Source of the DNA: an uncultured candidate division Zixibacteria bacterium
GTDB taxonomy: Bacteria > Zixibacteria > MSB-5A5 > GN15 > PGXB01
DNA length: 64,000 nt
Assembly (NCBI GenBank): GCA_963702205.1
Contig: OY969724.1
Coordinates: 1,120,001-1,184,000 of the forward strand
Direction of reading: 5' to 3'
Shown here: one piece after another, positions 29,677 through 39,344 of the stretch
Numbering within the stretch: position 1 is the stretch's first letter
Layout: every line of letters starts with the position of its first letter
The notes under the pieces: generated by a model
The model's input: the letters and a program-made list of their open reading frames with translations, nothing else
The model's database searches: none
Told to the model about the DNA's origin: nothing
Program-made: the position numbers and the translations under genes

Positions 29677-31548
29677 TTGTTTTACGTGAAACATTCCGAC
29701 ATTGACATAATCGTTGTTGGCGGCGGGCACGCCGGAGTCGAGGCGACTCTGGCGGCCGGACGTATGGGCAAACGGGTGGCGCTGGTCACGATGGACCGCC
29801 GCAAACTGGCCCTGATGTCGTGCAATCCGGCTATTGGCGGGCTCGGTAAATCACATATAGTCAAAGAGATAGACGCTCTTGGCGGCGTCATTGGGCAGGC
29901 TATCGACGCCACCGGCATTCAGTTCCGAAAACTCAATCTCAGTCGCGGACCGGCGGTATGGGCCACCCGGGCCCAGGCCGATCGGATCGGTTATAATGAC
30001 TTCATATGCGACTTTGTCGAAGCTCAACCAGATGTTTCCGTAATCGAAGCCACCGCCGGAGAGATACTGGTAGAGGATGGCCGGGCAGTCGGAATTTGTA
30101 CCGAGGACGGTCAAACCATTCTGGCCGGGGCCGTAATAATTTGTTCGGGGACTTTTCTGGGTGGATTGATTCATATCGGCGACAAACAAATTCCCGCCGG
30201 ACGGCGAGGGGAAAAGGGAGCCTATAAACTTTCAGATTCCTTTCGTTCGCTCGGATTCGAGATTGGGCGGCTCAAGACCGGGACTCCGCCGCGGCTCGAC
30301 GGTAAGACTTTAGATTACTCCAAATGCGAATCTCAACCCGGACTCGAACCTCCCCCCTATTTTTCCTATCGTTCTCAGCCGCGCAAGATCAAACAGATCC
30401 CCTGTCATCTGACCTATACTACCGACAGGACTAAAGAAATAATCATGGCCAACCTGAATAAATCGGCCATGTTTTCCGGGCAGATCAGCTCGAGGGGACC
30501 GCGTTATTGCCCGTCGATTGAAGACAAAATATATCGCTTCCATGACAAGCCGAGGCATCATATTTTTCTCGAACCGGAGGGTAACGGCACCGATGAAGTC
30601 TACCCTAACGGATTTTCGACGTCGCTACCGGCCGATGTCCAGCTCGATGCCATCCGGACCGTAACCGGTCTCGAAAACGTCGAGATGACTCAAGCCGGGT
30701 ATGCTATCGAGTATGACTATTGCCCCTCGCATCAGATAAAGTCAACGCTCGAAACCAGACGTCTACCCGGACTCTTTCTGGCGGGTCAGATAAACGGTAC
30801 CTCAGGTTATGAAGAGGCGGCCGGGCTGGGATTGATCGCCGGAATTAACGCCGTCCTCGGGCTTGAAAAGGAACCGCCGTTTGTCCCGGACCGGGCCGAA
30901 TCGTATATCGGCGTCATGCTCGACGATCTGGTAAGCCACTCCACAACGGAACCTTACCGCATGTTCACGTCGCGCGCCGAATATCGCCTGCAGCTCCGCG
31001 AAGACAATGCCCGCGACCGGATGATTGAGTACGCCCGGAAATATTCTCTAATTCCGGAAGATCATTATGATTCATTTTTGGCCCTGAAAAAACGAACTCA
31101 GGATGCAATCATGGCCCTGGAGAAAAAGCATGTGCCGGTATCGAAGCTCGACGGGTATGCCGACTATTTTGTAAAACGCCAATCGATCTCCCTGGCCGAT
31201 ATTCTCAAGATCCCTGGCATCGATTACAAATACGTTACGAGGTTCCTTGAAAACGGCGGCTTGGTCGACGATGAGATCCTGGAGCGCGCTTCGGTCGCGA
31301 TCAAATATGCCGGGTATATCAGCAAACAGGAGCGGGAGGTCGAGAAATTTCGCGAAAATGAAAGCCGGAAGATTCCCGAGGATATGCCCTTTGAAAGACT
31401 GACCGGTTTGCGCAACGAAGCCCGCGAGAAGTTTGCCCGTTTTCGTCCGTCGTCGCTCGGTCAGGCCGGCCGGATCGAAGGCGTGACCGTCGGCGATATA
31501 GCGGCATTGTCAATCCACGTCCGGAAATATTCGTCGCAAAAGCAGTAA
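29677..31548 (+). CDS. mnmG: tRNA uridine-5-carboxymethylaminomethyl modification enzyme (GidA)
   Basis: VVGGGHAG, MSCNPAIGG, RLKTGTPPR, GPRYCPSIEDK, AGQINGTSGYEEAA, EPYRMFTSRAEYRL; start uncertain (TTG 29677 or GTG 29686). Confidence 0.96.
   Translation: MFYVKHSDIDIIVVGGGHAGVEATLAAGRMGKRVALVTMDRRKLALMSCNPAIGGLGKSHIVKEIDALGGVIGQAIDATGIQFRKLNLSRGPAVWATRAQADRIGYNDFICDFVEAQPDVSVIEATAGEILVEDGRAVGICTEDGQTILAGAVIICSGTFLGGLIHIGDKQIPAGRRGEKGAYKLSDSFRSLGFEIGRLKTGTPPRLDGKTLDYSKCESQPGLEPPPYFSYRSQPRKIKQIPCHLTYTTDRTKEIIMANLNKSAMFSGQISSRGPRYCPSIEDKIYRFHDKPRHHIFLEPEGNGTDEVYPNGFSTSLPADVQLDAIRTVTGLENVEMTQAGYAIEYDYCPSHQIKSTLETRRLPGLFLAGQINGTSGYEEAAGLGLIAGINAVLGLEKEPPFVPDRAESYIGVMLDDLVSHSTTEPYRMFTSRAEYRLQLREDNARDRMIEYARKYSLIPEDHYDSFLALKKRTQDAIMALEKKHVPVSKLDGYADYFVKRQSISLADILKIPGIDYKYVTRFLENGGLVDDEILERASVAIKYAGYISKQEREVEKFRENESRKIPEDMPFERLTGLRNEAREKFARFRPSSLGQAGRIEGVTVGDIAALSIHVRKYSSQKQ
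29678..29693. promoter_or_regulatory. parS: parS centromere-like site (1 mismatch)
   Basis: TGTTTTACGTGAAACA versus consensus TGTTTCACGTGAAACA. Confidence 0.8.
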
Positions 31549-31572
31549 AATTACTAAATCACGTTATATATA

Positions 31573-32193
31573 ATGTCGTCAAACGATTCGATACAGCGTT
31601 TTAAATCCGATGAAATCATCGCCGAATTTGGGATACAAAATAGTCTCGACAGCTATCTCGATATTCTTCTTGAATATAATAAAAAAGTCAACCTTGTTTC
31701 ACGTGAAACATCGCGGCCGGACCTGATCCGTCTCGCAGCCGATTGCCTGATTCCGTTCAAATTCTCTGAACCGCCTTCGGGGACTTTTTTTGATATCGGG
31801 TCGGGCGGAGGTTTCCCCTCGATCGTATTGCTTCTGGCTTTTGGGAATCTGAGCGGTGTCCTGTATGAACGGACGCAGAAAAAGGCCAGATACCTGGGGG
31901 ATCTAATTGAAAAGCTGAATCTTAACGCCGAAGTACATCCCGACGACTGGCCCCCCACGGTTTCTGATAATAAAAGTGTCTTCGACCTGGGCACGATGAA
32001 ACTGGTCAAGCTCGATCAAAAGATTTTGCGGTCTGTGAACGCCGCTTTGAAGACGGGCGGGCGCTTTCTTTACTATGCCTCTGCATCCGCTATAAATGGG
32101 CTTGACGCCGATCCTCTAAGGTATTTTGAATTCGGTTATTATCTTGATAATTCAGAGCAGGAACGGACGATCTCCATATTTTTGAATTCATGA
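31573..32193 (+). CDS. rsmG: 16S rRNA m7G527 methyltransferase (GidB)
   Basis: YNKKVNLVS, DIGSGGGFPSI SAM motif, ERTQKKARYL; between mnmG and parA. Confidence 0.88.
   Translation: MSSNDSIQRFKSDEIIAEFGIQNSLDSYLDILLEYNKKVNLVSRETSRPDLIRLAADCLIPFKFSEPPSGTFFDIGSGGGFPSIVLLLAFGNLSGVLYERTQKKARYLGDLIEKLNLNAEVHPDDWPPTVSDNKSVFDLGTMKLVKLDQKILRSVNAALKTGGRFLYYASASAINGLDADPLRYFEFGYYLDNSEQERTISIFLNS
31695..31710. promoter_or_regulatory. parS: parS site (perfect consensus) inside rsmG
   Basis: TGTTTCACGTGAAACA exact palindrome, translated as VSRET. Confidence 0.92.
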
Positions 32194-32275
32194 CATTATT
32201 TTTATTGCATAAGGCCTGAATTTGTTTTAATCTCCGAACGGGATTTATCTTTTTAGTCCGGGATGGAGGAGAAAA

Positions 32276-33034
32276 TTGTCAAGGATTATTGCCATCGCCA
32301 ATCAGAAAGGCGGGGTCGGCAAGACGACGTCGGCCGTCAATCTCGCCGCCGGTCTGGCTGTGGCCGAGAAAAAAACGCTTCTGATCGACATCGATCCCCA
32401 GGCCAATGCCACCAGTGGCGTCGGTTTGGACAAATCATTACTGGAAAGATCGGTCTACGATGTCCTCATTGGCCGGACGATGGTTCTCGAGGTCGCGCGC
32501 GCCACGGCTTTGCCATATTTAACCATAGTCCCGTCGGCCATCGCTCTGGTCGGAGCCGAGGTCGAGATGGTTTCGATGATGTCGCGCGAACGGGTCCTCA
32601 AAGCCGCCCTGGCGACGATCGTGGATAAGTATGACTATATTCTCATCGACTGTCCGCCGTCGCTGGGTCTCCTGACCATCAACGCCCTGACCGCGGCCCA
32701 TTCCGTACTCATCCCGATACAATGTGAGTACTACGCCCTCGAGGGCCTGGGCCAGTTGATGCGGACTATCGATCTGGTGAAAAGTAATCTCAACCCCGAT
32801 CTGAAAATCGAGGGTGTACTATTGACGATGTACGACGGTCGGTTGAACCTGTCGCGACAGGTGGCCGCGGAGGCTCGCAGGTATTTCGAGGGGCGCGTGT
32901 ACGAAACCGTGATTAACCGCAACGTTCGTTTGTCAGAGGCGCCCAGTTTCGGAAAGCCTATCATACAGTACGATATACTTTCCACCGGGGCCGAAAATTA
33001 TCTGGCTCTCACCAAGGAGGTATTGAGCAAATGA
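32276..33034 (+). CDS. parA: Chromosome partitioning ATPase Soj/ParA
   Basis: [46 protein letters not shown]. Confidence 0.96.
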   Translation: MSRIIAIANQKGGVGKTTSAVNLAAGLAVAEKKTLLIDIDPQANATSGVGLDKSLLERSVYDVLIGRTMVLEVARATALPYLTIVPSAIALVGAEVEMVSMMSRERVLKAALATIVDKYDYILIDCPPSLGLLTINALTAAHSVLIPIQCEYYALEGLGQLMRTIDLVKSNLNPDLKIEGVLLTMYDGRLNLSRQVAAEARRYFEGRVYETVINRNVRLSEAPSFGKPIIQYDILSTGAENYLALTKEVLSK

Positions 33035-33876
33035 GCGGGAAAATTGTTTTGGGGCGCGGCCTGGATGCGCTCATCCCCAAAAGCGAAAGTAGTACAACGG
33101 GAGACGGCAATTACCGGACTATCCCGATAACGGATATAACGCCCAACCCGCTGCAGCCGCGACGGCAGTTCGACGAGGACGCTTTAAACGAACTCGCCGA
33201 ATCGTTCAAGGTTCAGGGACTGCTCCAGCCGGTGATAGTGCAGCGTCGCGATGATAAGTACATCCTGATCGCCGGAGAACGGCGGTTTCGCGCGGCGACA
33301 CTGGCGGGTATGACCGAAATCCCGGCCATCGTCATGACCGAAAAAGACGACGCCGACATGCTCCAGATGGCGCTGGTCGAAAACCTCCAGCGCGAGGACC
33401 TCAACCCGATGGAGGCGTCCGAGGCTTACCGGCGTCTGATGGACGACGGCGGCATGACCCAGAACCAACTGGCGGCAAAACTCGGGAAAAGCCGGGCGGC
33501 CGTGGCCAACGCCCTGCGTTTGATGACGCTCCCGGTCGAAATTAAGCAGATGCTTCGCGAGGGGCGTTTGACCGAGGGTCACGCGCGGGCGATCCTGGCG
33601 CTGGAGGATCACGACAGCCAACTCAAACTCGCCGACCGGATTATCAACGAAAACTGGTCGGTGCGGACGGCCGAGCAGACCGCGCGGCGGACCAAAAAAA
33701 GGCGGCTGGTGCCGCGTAAGAAAATGCCGGTAATAGTGGAGGCGGAAAATTATTTGAAACAGGTCCTGGGCACGTCGGTTAAAATAACACACAGCCTTAA
33801 AGGTGGACGCATAGAAGTCGAATACTATAATGATGACGACCTGGATCGACTGCTGGAGCTTTTTAGAAAGATTTGA
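33031..33876 (+). CDS. parB: Chromosome partitioning protein ParB/Spo0J
   Basis: [53 protein letters not shown]. Confidence 0.96.
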   Translation: MSGKIVLGRGLDALIPKSESSTTGDGNYRTIPITDITPNPLQPRRQFDEDALNELAESFKVQGLLQPVIVQRRDDKYILIAGERRFRAATLAGMTEIPAIVMTEKDDADMLQMALVENLQREDLNPMEASEAYRRLMDDGGMTQNQLAAKLGKSRAAVANALRLMTLPVEIKQMLREGRLTEGHARAILALEDHDSQLKLADRIINENWSVRTAEQTARRTKKRRLVPRKKMPVIVEAENYLKQVLGTSVKITHSLKGGRIEVEYYNDDDLDRLLELFRKI

Positions 33877-33884
33877 CTTCTGTC

Positions 33885-34673
33885 ATGAGTATGGCTCGAT
33901 ATTATAATATTATGATCGTTCCCGACGGCGTCGAAAGCTCGTTCGGGATAAAACTCAGGTCGTGGGTGTTCAAAGGCCTGATCGGTGGTACGATTGTTTT
34001 CACCGTCGGCCTGATTCTGTTCTTTATTTTTTACGGTCATATCATTTCGCGCGCCGCGCGGACCGATCAACTGGCCCGCGAGAACGAGGCTCTGAAAAGA
34101 TACAAGTACAAATTGCTCCTGCTCGAAGAGAACATGAAAGAGACGCGGAAAATTGTCTCCAAAATTTCCAGCCTGGCCGGGGTCGATTTCAAGATTCCGG
34201 AGCTGCCGCCCGACTCGGTGTTGTTTGCCGCCAGGGACAAACCGGCGGTCGTGGCCCGGTCGGTCGTGTCACCGGAGAACGTCCCCAGCGGCCTGCCGCT
34301 GGAAGGGTACATGACGCGCGGCTTTTCGGACAACGACGAAAATTATCATCCCGGTGTGGACATCGCCGCCGAAATCGGGACGCCGGTGCTGGCGACGGCG
34401 TCGGGTAAAGTCTTTTTCGCCGGAGCCGATAGTACTTATGGCCTGATGGTCATTCTGGAGCACGAGAATAACATCTCGACGGTGTACGGACACAACAGCG
34501 AGCTTCTGGTGGAAATGGGACAGGAAGTCCTGGCGGGTGGACGGATTGCACTCTCCGGTAATACCGGACGGTCCACCGCGCCGCATCTGCACTATGAGAT
34601 TCGCGAAAACGGAAAACCAGTGAACCCTTTAAAATACATTATGGACGATGAAATATCAGTCAAACAAGAGTGA
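33885..34673 (+). CDS. M23 family peptidoglycan endopeptidase
   Basis: TM plus coiled coil, HPGVD, YGHN, GNTGRSTAPHLHYEIR...VNP. Confidence 0.92.
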   Translation: MSMARYYNIMIVPDGVESSFGIKLRSWVFKGLIGGTIVFTVGLILFFIFYGHIISRAARTDQLARENEALKRYKYKLLLLEENMKETRKIVSKISSLAGVDFKIPELPPDSVLFAARDKPAVVARSVVSPENVPSGLPLEGYMTRGFSDNDENYHPGVDIAAEIGTPVLATASGKVFFAGADSTYGLMVILEHENNISTVYGHNSELLVEMGQEVLAGGRIALSGNTGRSTAPHLHYEIRENGKPVNPLKYIMDDEISVKQE

Positions 34674-35085
34674 AGGCGGAGTAATGAACACCGTAATAGG
34701 CAAGGATACGGTTTTTACCGGAACCATCGATATTAAGGGCGGGATACGGATCGACGGCACCGTCAAAGGCAAGATTATCAGCGATGATACCGTCACGGTC
34801 GGATCGACCGGTCGCGTCGAGGCCGATGTCGAGGCCACCGCGGCCATCGTGGCCGGTAAGGTGGTCGGCAATCTGAACGCCAGGGAGAGTGTCGAGCTTC
34901 AGGCCCAGTCCGATGTCGAAGGTGATATCCGGACCAAGTCCCTGGTTGTCGAACAGGGTGCCATCTTCTGCGGCGGCTGCCATATGAAAGACGGCAAGTC
35001 GGCTGCAAAATTCCTTGCCCCGGAGGAAACTCCTCAGCCATCTGTTGGTAAAAAGGAAGAAGAAACCGAAAAAGCCAAAAATTAG
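34648..35085 (+). CDS. Bactofilin (polymer-forming cytoskeletal protein)
   Basis: TVIGKDTVFTGTI..GGIRIDGTVKGKI...GDIRTKSLVVEQGAIFCGGCHM; classic M23-bactofilin pair; alternative start 34684. Confidence 0.92.
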   Translation: MKYQSNKSEGGVMNTVIGKDTVFTGTIDIKGGIRIDGTVKGKIISDDTVTVGSTGRVEADVEATAAIVAGKVVGNLNARESVELQAQSDVEGDIRTKSLVVEQGAIFCGGCHMKDGKSAAKFLAPEETPQPSVGKKEEETEKAKN

Positions 35086-35309
35086 ACTGCCCACATTCAT
35101 ATATATAATGTGGAAAAGACCTCTAATTTGTGGAATTCGCGTTATCTTGTTACATGGCATGAGCATGAATAGGTTTTGTTGAGGTTGAATTTATGCAGAT
35201 TTCAACAAATTGCTCTGCCGGTTGAAGTTACTAACGAAACGCTAATATTAAATTTGGGTCATTTTGATCCCCGTTTAACGGCCCCTAATCGGATTATCAA
35301 ACACGAAGG

Positions 35310-36324
35310 ATGGCTCCTGGAATGACTGAACAAATAAGTGATCTTAAAGCGGTAGAACAACTTAACGATGCCTACAACGGTATTCGCAAGGAAATAGCCA
35401 AAGTAATAATAGGTCAGGACAAGGTAATCGAGCAGCTCCTGATAGCACTGCTGTCGTCGGGTCATTGCCTTCTGGTCGGTGTTCCCGGACTGGCCAAAAC
35501 CCTGTTAATTTCGACCCTGGCGCAGGTTCTGGACCTAAAATTCAATCGAATCCAGTTTACCCCCGATCTGATGCCATCAGATATTACCGGCACGGAAATA
35601 ATAGAAGAAGACAAGTCAACCGGCAATCGCCAGTTTAAGTTCGTCAAGGGTCCCGTATTTGCGAATGCCATATTGGCAGACGAAATCAATCGGTACTCCG
35701 CCAAAAACGCAGGCGGCGCTTCTTCAGGCCATGCAGGAACACGAAGTCACCGCGGCCGGGCAAACATTCAAGTTGGAGGAGCCGTTTTTTGTACTGGCAA
35801 CTCAAAATCCTATTGAGCAGGAAGGCACCTACCCGCTTCCTGAGGCTCAACTCGACCGCTTTATGTTCAACATCTATGTCGATTATCCGTCGGATGCCGA
35901 AGAGAATCAGATTGTCAGGACCACGACGGTCGTGCTGAATTATAATCTCAGCAAAATCCTTTCAGCGGCCGACATTATCGGATTCCAGCAGTTGGTTCGC
36001 AAAGTCCCGGTGGCCGATAACCTGATTCAGTATGCCGTCGATATTGCGCGCGCGACGCGCCCGGACAGCGGCTCTGCGCCGGATTTTGTCAAAAACTGGG
36101 TTTCCTGGGGTGCCGGACCTCGCGCTTCTCAATATATGATTCTGGCTGCCAAAACCCGGGCCATCCTTGACGGCCGACCGACACCGGGCCCGCAGGACGT
36201 CCGTTTCGCCGCTCTGCCGGTGCTGCGGCATCGCATCGTGACTTCGTTCAATGCCGAGGCCGACGGGGTCGATACCGCGGCTATCGTCGAAAAATTAATT
36301 GAAAATGTAAAACATCGCAGTTAA
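35310..36324 (+). CDS. MoxR-family AAA+ ATPase; one frameshift at 35691-35694
   Basis: [28 protein letters not shown]; conserved [18 protein letters not shown] broken by one extra base (AAT CGG T ACT CCG); [22 protein letters not shown]. Confidence 0.92.
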
Positions 36325-36392
36325 GTTATTCCATATTCCTCCTAAGTCCTGGCATCTGATTGGTTGACCGTTAATGGGGTAATGTATGGGGT

Positions 36393-36971
36393 ATGGATAT
36401 GGATTTCAAAATCGGCGATTTGCCGCCGTACGGCAAAACGTTTGTAGGGCTGTTCTGCGTTCTGGTTCTGGTTGTACTTATCTGTATGACCATCCTCGGA
36501 TTCCTTCACGTCAGTTATTCCGGATATTCAGGCAACGGGCATACGTCGGCCAGTACCATAAAAATGGAAGCGATGCTCGCAACTCATGATGCCGTCACCG
36601 ATCCGGTCTGGGATGATTCCGCGCGGACCGAAGTTGTCGATGACCCGGTTATGCCTCCGGCCGATGATGAGAGTACATTCGGCATGATGCTGCAGGAAAA
36701 CCTGGAATGGGCGATGGAGCACGTCGGGACGCAGGCGCTGTTGTTTTTCGCACTCGGGTTCCTGTTCATGGGGACGAGCTTTTCCGAGAGTGCCAAGAAA
36801 CGATTTTTTTGGCTCAGCTTTGTACTTATCGTCCTGCATGTGATTTCTCTTATCGGTTCAGGATTCTGTCGGCCTGCGAACATCCTGCTGTACACGACCG
36901 GTCCGCTGTTGATCATGACGTTTGCGATCATGACGTACATGATTCTGGCGGAACTGCGGAAGAAGAGCTGA
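36393..36971 (+). CDS. Hypothetical 4-TM membrane protein
   Basis: 192-aa ORF with four hydrophobic segments and a soluble loop. Confidence 0.65.
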   Translation: MDMDFKIGDLPPYGKTFVGLFCVLVLVVLICMTILGFLHVSYSGYSGNGHTSASTIKMEAMLATHDAVTDPVWDDSARTEVVDDPVMPPADDESTFGMMLQENLEWAMEHVGTQALLFFALGFLFMGTSFSESAKKRFFWLSFVLIVLHVISLIGSGFCRPANILLYTTGPLLIMTFAIMTYMILAELRKKS

Positions 36972-37106
36972 GGCAAGATTAAGTATTCGAATTCCGGGGC
37001 AGATGTGGACATCTGCCGCCCTCGTTATTGGAATTGTATTCCGTCAGGAAGGGGTTCATGACGGCGCGGAGGCAAGCGGCGGTGCACCCCGGTTCGGGAT
37101 TAAAAA

Positions 37107-37199
37107 GTAGGTCGGGTCCGAGAGGAGCGCAGCGAAGCGAGAAACCCGACAAAATCATACCGGAGCAAAAGGCAGAACCACTAAAAGGTTCTGGCCTAC
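37107..37199 (+). repeat. GTAG...CTAC REP doublet
   Basis: GTAGGTCGGGT...AAACCCGAC plus GGCAGAACC...GGTTCTGGCCTAC; homologous to 44040-44134. Confidence 0.75.
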
Positions 37200-37260
37200 A
37201 AGATTAAATCTGAATAAAACAGCGCCAGAAACTCTTTCCTGACGCAAAAGGGGTCATAAA

Positions 37261-37941
37261 ATGCGAATCAAAAAATATATAATTTTGACGGTCTTATTAG
37301 CTATTGTTTCATCCAGTAATTCAATAGCAAATGATAAGGATGACTGCATTAAGGATAATATTACGGGATTGTTGCATGTAGGGAATTATTGGGTATATGA
37401 AACGTACTACCCACGGTATATATTAAAGACATCAATCGGTTCAGATGCTATGCCGAGTGTTTCGACAATTGATTCTTTTCATATCGAAAAATATAATAAT
37501 ACAAATAACAATAACATTTATAAAGCAGTTAGGATTATAGATGTTGATGCTAAAGAGCCATATGTGGTTCATGTTAATCTAAGAATTGCTGGAGATTCAT
37601 TGCTTGAAGAGTATTATAAAGGGCCTAAAAAAGTGGAAGTTGGAATCTGGGCATTATGCCCGATGGAAATTGGTAGCAAATGGACAGAATTCAATTATAA
37701 TGAATCTACTTTTTATGAAATCATTGCTCAAGAAGATAAACGAGTTCATTCCGGAGATATTTATAAAAACTGCTTTAAAATAAAAGTAAAAGGTATAAAC
37801 CATAATTCTGGTAATATCCCTGATACTTGGTTTATATGGTTCAAGCCACACGTTGGATTAGTATGCAAGGAATGGAAAGAAGGTCTCGGCGATAACAGGC
37901 TGGATGCTCAACAGTACTTGATTAGATACAATCTTGAGTAA
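37261..37941 (+). CDS. AT-rich orphan secreted protein
   Basis: 226 aa, signal peptide, LHVGNYWVY / PMEIGSKW / WFKPHVGLV beta-rich pattern; visibly low GC. Confidence 0.7.
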   Translation: MRIKKYIILTVLLAIVSSSNSIANDKDDCIKDNITGLLHVGNYWVYETYYPRYILKTSIGSDAMPSVSTIDSFHIEKYNNTNNNNIYKAVRIIDVDAKEPYVVHVNLRIAGDSLLEEYYKGPKKVEVGIWALCPMEIGSKWTEFNYNESTFYEIIAQEDKRVHSGDIYKNCFKIKVKGINHNSGNIPDTWFIWFKPHVGLVCKEWKEGLGDNRLDAQQYLIRYNLE

Positions 37942-37984
37942 TTTGGGTTACGCTATTTTTGGGCAAGGTGCGGATTCCTGATAG

Positions 37985-38022
37985 GCCGGGGAAATCCCCC
38001 CACTAAAGTGGTGGGGCACGCA
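37985..38022. repeat. Palindromic repeat CCCCCACTAAAGTGGTGGGG
   Basis: Shares CCACTAAAGTGGTGGGG with about 41600-41625. Confidence 0.55.
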
Positions 38023-38115
38023 AATCGTGTCGATATTAATGTCAATTAGGATATAGACGGATAATAAATTTACTCACAATAGAGCATTCTGGATCGCGGC
38101 CGCGTATTAATAGCA

Positions 38116-38709
38116 ATGGAATTGGATAATAAGAAAGATGTTGTCTTTGATCCGTCGAAATGGGTCGAGGCCTACGGCGACTATTTGTACAATTTCGCAT
38201 ACACCCGGCTATGGAACCGCACCGTGGCCGAAGACCTCGTGCAGGAGACATTTTTAAATGCGCTGAAATCCAGAGGCAGTTTCAAGGGACTGTCGTCGGG
38301 GTTGACCTGGATGGTCAGCATTTTGAAAAATCTTATCAGAGATTATAAAAGAAAGCTGTTCCGGGAAATCGAATGGCAGAAGATGGCAGAAGACGACGAG
38401 CACGCCGAATCGTTCAATCGCGGCGGCAAGTGGAAAGGTCACTGGGACCCGAAACTGGCGCCAAAAAGCTGGGGCGACAGCCCGGACGCCCTTCTCGAGA
38501 ACAAAGAGTTCTGGGAAATAGTCGAATATTGTCTCGAAAAGCTCCCGCAGCAGTACGCCGTCGTGTTTGTCTGGTATCAGCTAAAGGAGATCGAAAGCAA
38601 AGTTATTTGCAAGGAATTGAGCCTGACGGAGTCCAATCTATATAGTATAATGCACCGGGCCCGAAGCAGGCTCCGTCATTGCATCGAAGAAAACTGGGTG
38701 ATAGAATGA
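38116..38709 (+). CDS. ECF-type RNA polymerase sigma factor
   Basis: AEDLVQETFLNA, TWMVSILKN (region 2); ICKELSLTESNLYSIMHRARSRLR (region 4). Confidence 0.92.
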   Translation: MELDNKKDVVFDPSKWVEAYGDYLYNFAYTRLWNRTVAEDLVQETFLNALKSRGSFKGLSSGLTWMVSILKNLIRDYKRKLFREIEWQKMAEDDEHAESFNRGGKWKGHWDPKLAPKSWGDSPDALLENKEFWEIVEYCLEKLPQQYAVVFVWYQLKEIESKVICKELSLTESNLYSIMHRARSRLRHCIEENWVIE

Positions 38710-39041
38710 ATTCGGAACAAAAAATCGGTGTCGCCAGAAGATTCAAGCTGTGGGTTATCGACCTGATCGCTTATCGTCTGCCGCCGTGCGATGTTATAAC
38801 CGAGCAGCTTTCGAAAGCTCGCCTCGGCAAGCTGAGCCTCAAGGAACGAATTCTGGTCAGGCTGCATCTTACGGTCTGCGACTGGTGCACCAATTATAAA
38901 AAGCAAATCGGGATTATCGACAGGACACTGGAAAAGCTCCCGAAAGAATACGGCGATGAAGCCGAAGTCAAATTTACTCTACCCGATGACGCCAGGAAGC
39001 GCATTCTCAGCAATCTGAAAGACTCGGACTCCAATAAATAG
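38706..39041 (+). CDS. Zinc-binding anti-sigma factor (zf-HC2/ZAS)
   Basis: C...RLHLTVCDWC (HxxxCxxC); ATGA overlap with the sigma stop. Confidence 0.85.
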   Translation: MNSEQKIGVARRFKLWVIDLIAYRLPPCDVITEQLSKARLGKLSLKERILVRLHLTVCDWCTNYKKQIGIIDRTLEKLPKEYGDEAEVKFTLPDDARKRILSNLKDSDSNK

Positions 39042-39199
39042 ACCGTCTTTCTCCATATTTCATAAAAATATCCTGTTTTATTTTCATTTCGCCTGCAAGG
39101 AATTTCCGGGCCGGACAACTAATCATCGAAATCAGTTGATACCGGCCACCGGTCATATTGAAAGACGGTGGGTTGGGAAATGATGCTCAGATAGTACAT

Positions 39200-39249
39200 T
39201 GTCGGGTTTCTCTTCCCCGACGAAGTCGGGGATTCGGAACCCGACCTAC
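39200..39249 (-). repeat. GTAG-type REP hairpin
   Basis: Minus strand GTAGGTCGGGTTCCGAATCCCCGACTTCGTCGGGGAAGAGAAACCCGACA, related to 14669-14717. Confidence 0.75.
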
Positions 39250-39344
39250 AACCTTGGAACCCGGCCTGCTGTTTGATTGAATTTTTCAAATTGGCCTCTA
39301 TAGGAAGCCAGGAATACTAAACATCTTCCTGAAAGGAAAGCGCT

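Noticed and set aside
35680..35710. Programmed ribosomal frameshifting in MoxR and the other split genes
   Set aside because: No slippery heptamer or long homopolymer at the junctions; the shared GGTAC context favours an error or mutation
39094..39125. Possible ECF promoter (TGCAAG...CAACTA) downstream of the sigma/anti-sigma pair
   Set aside because: Single occurrence with no matching motif seen upstream of the sigma gene, so it cannot be supported
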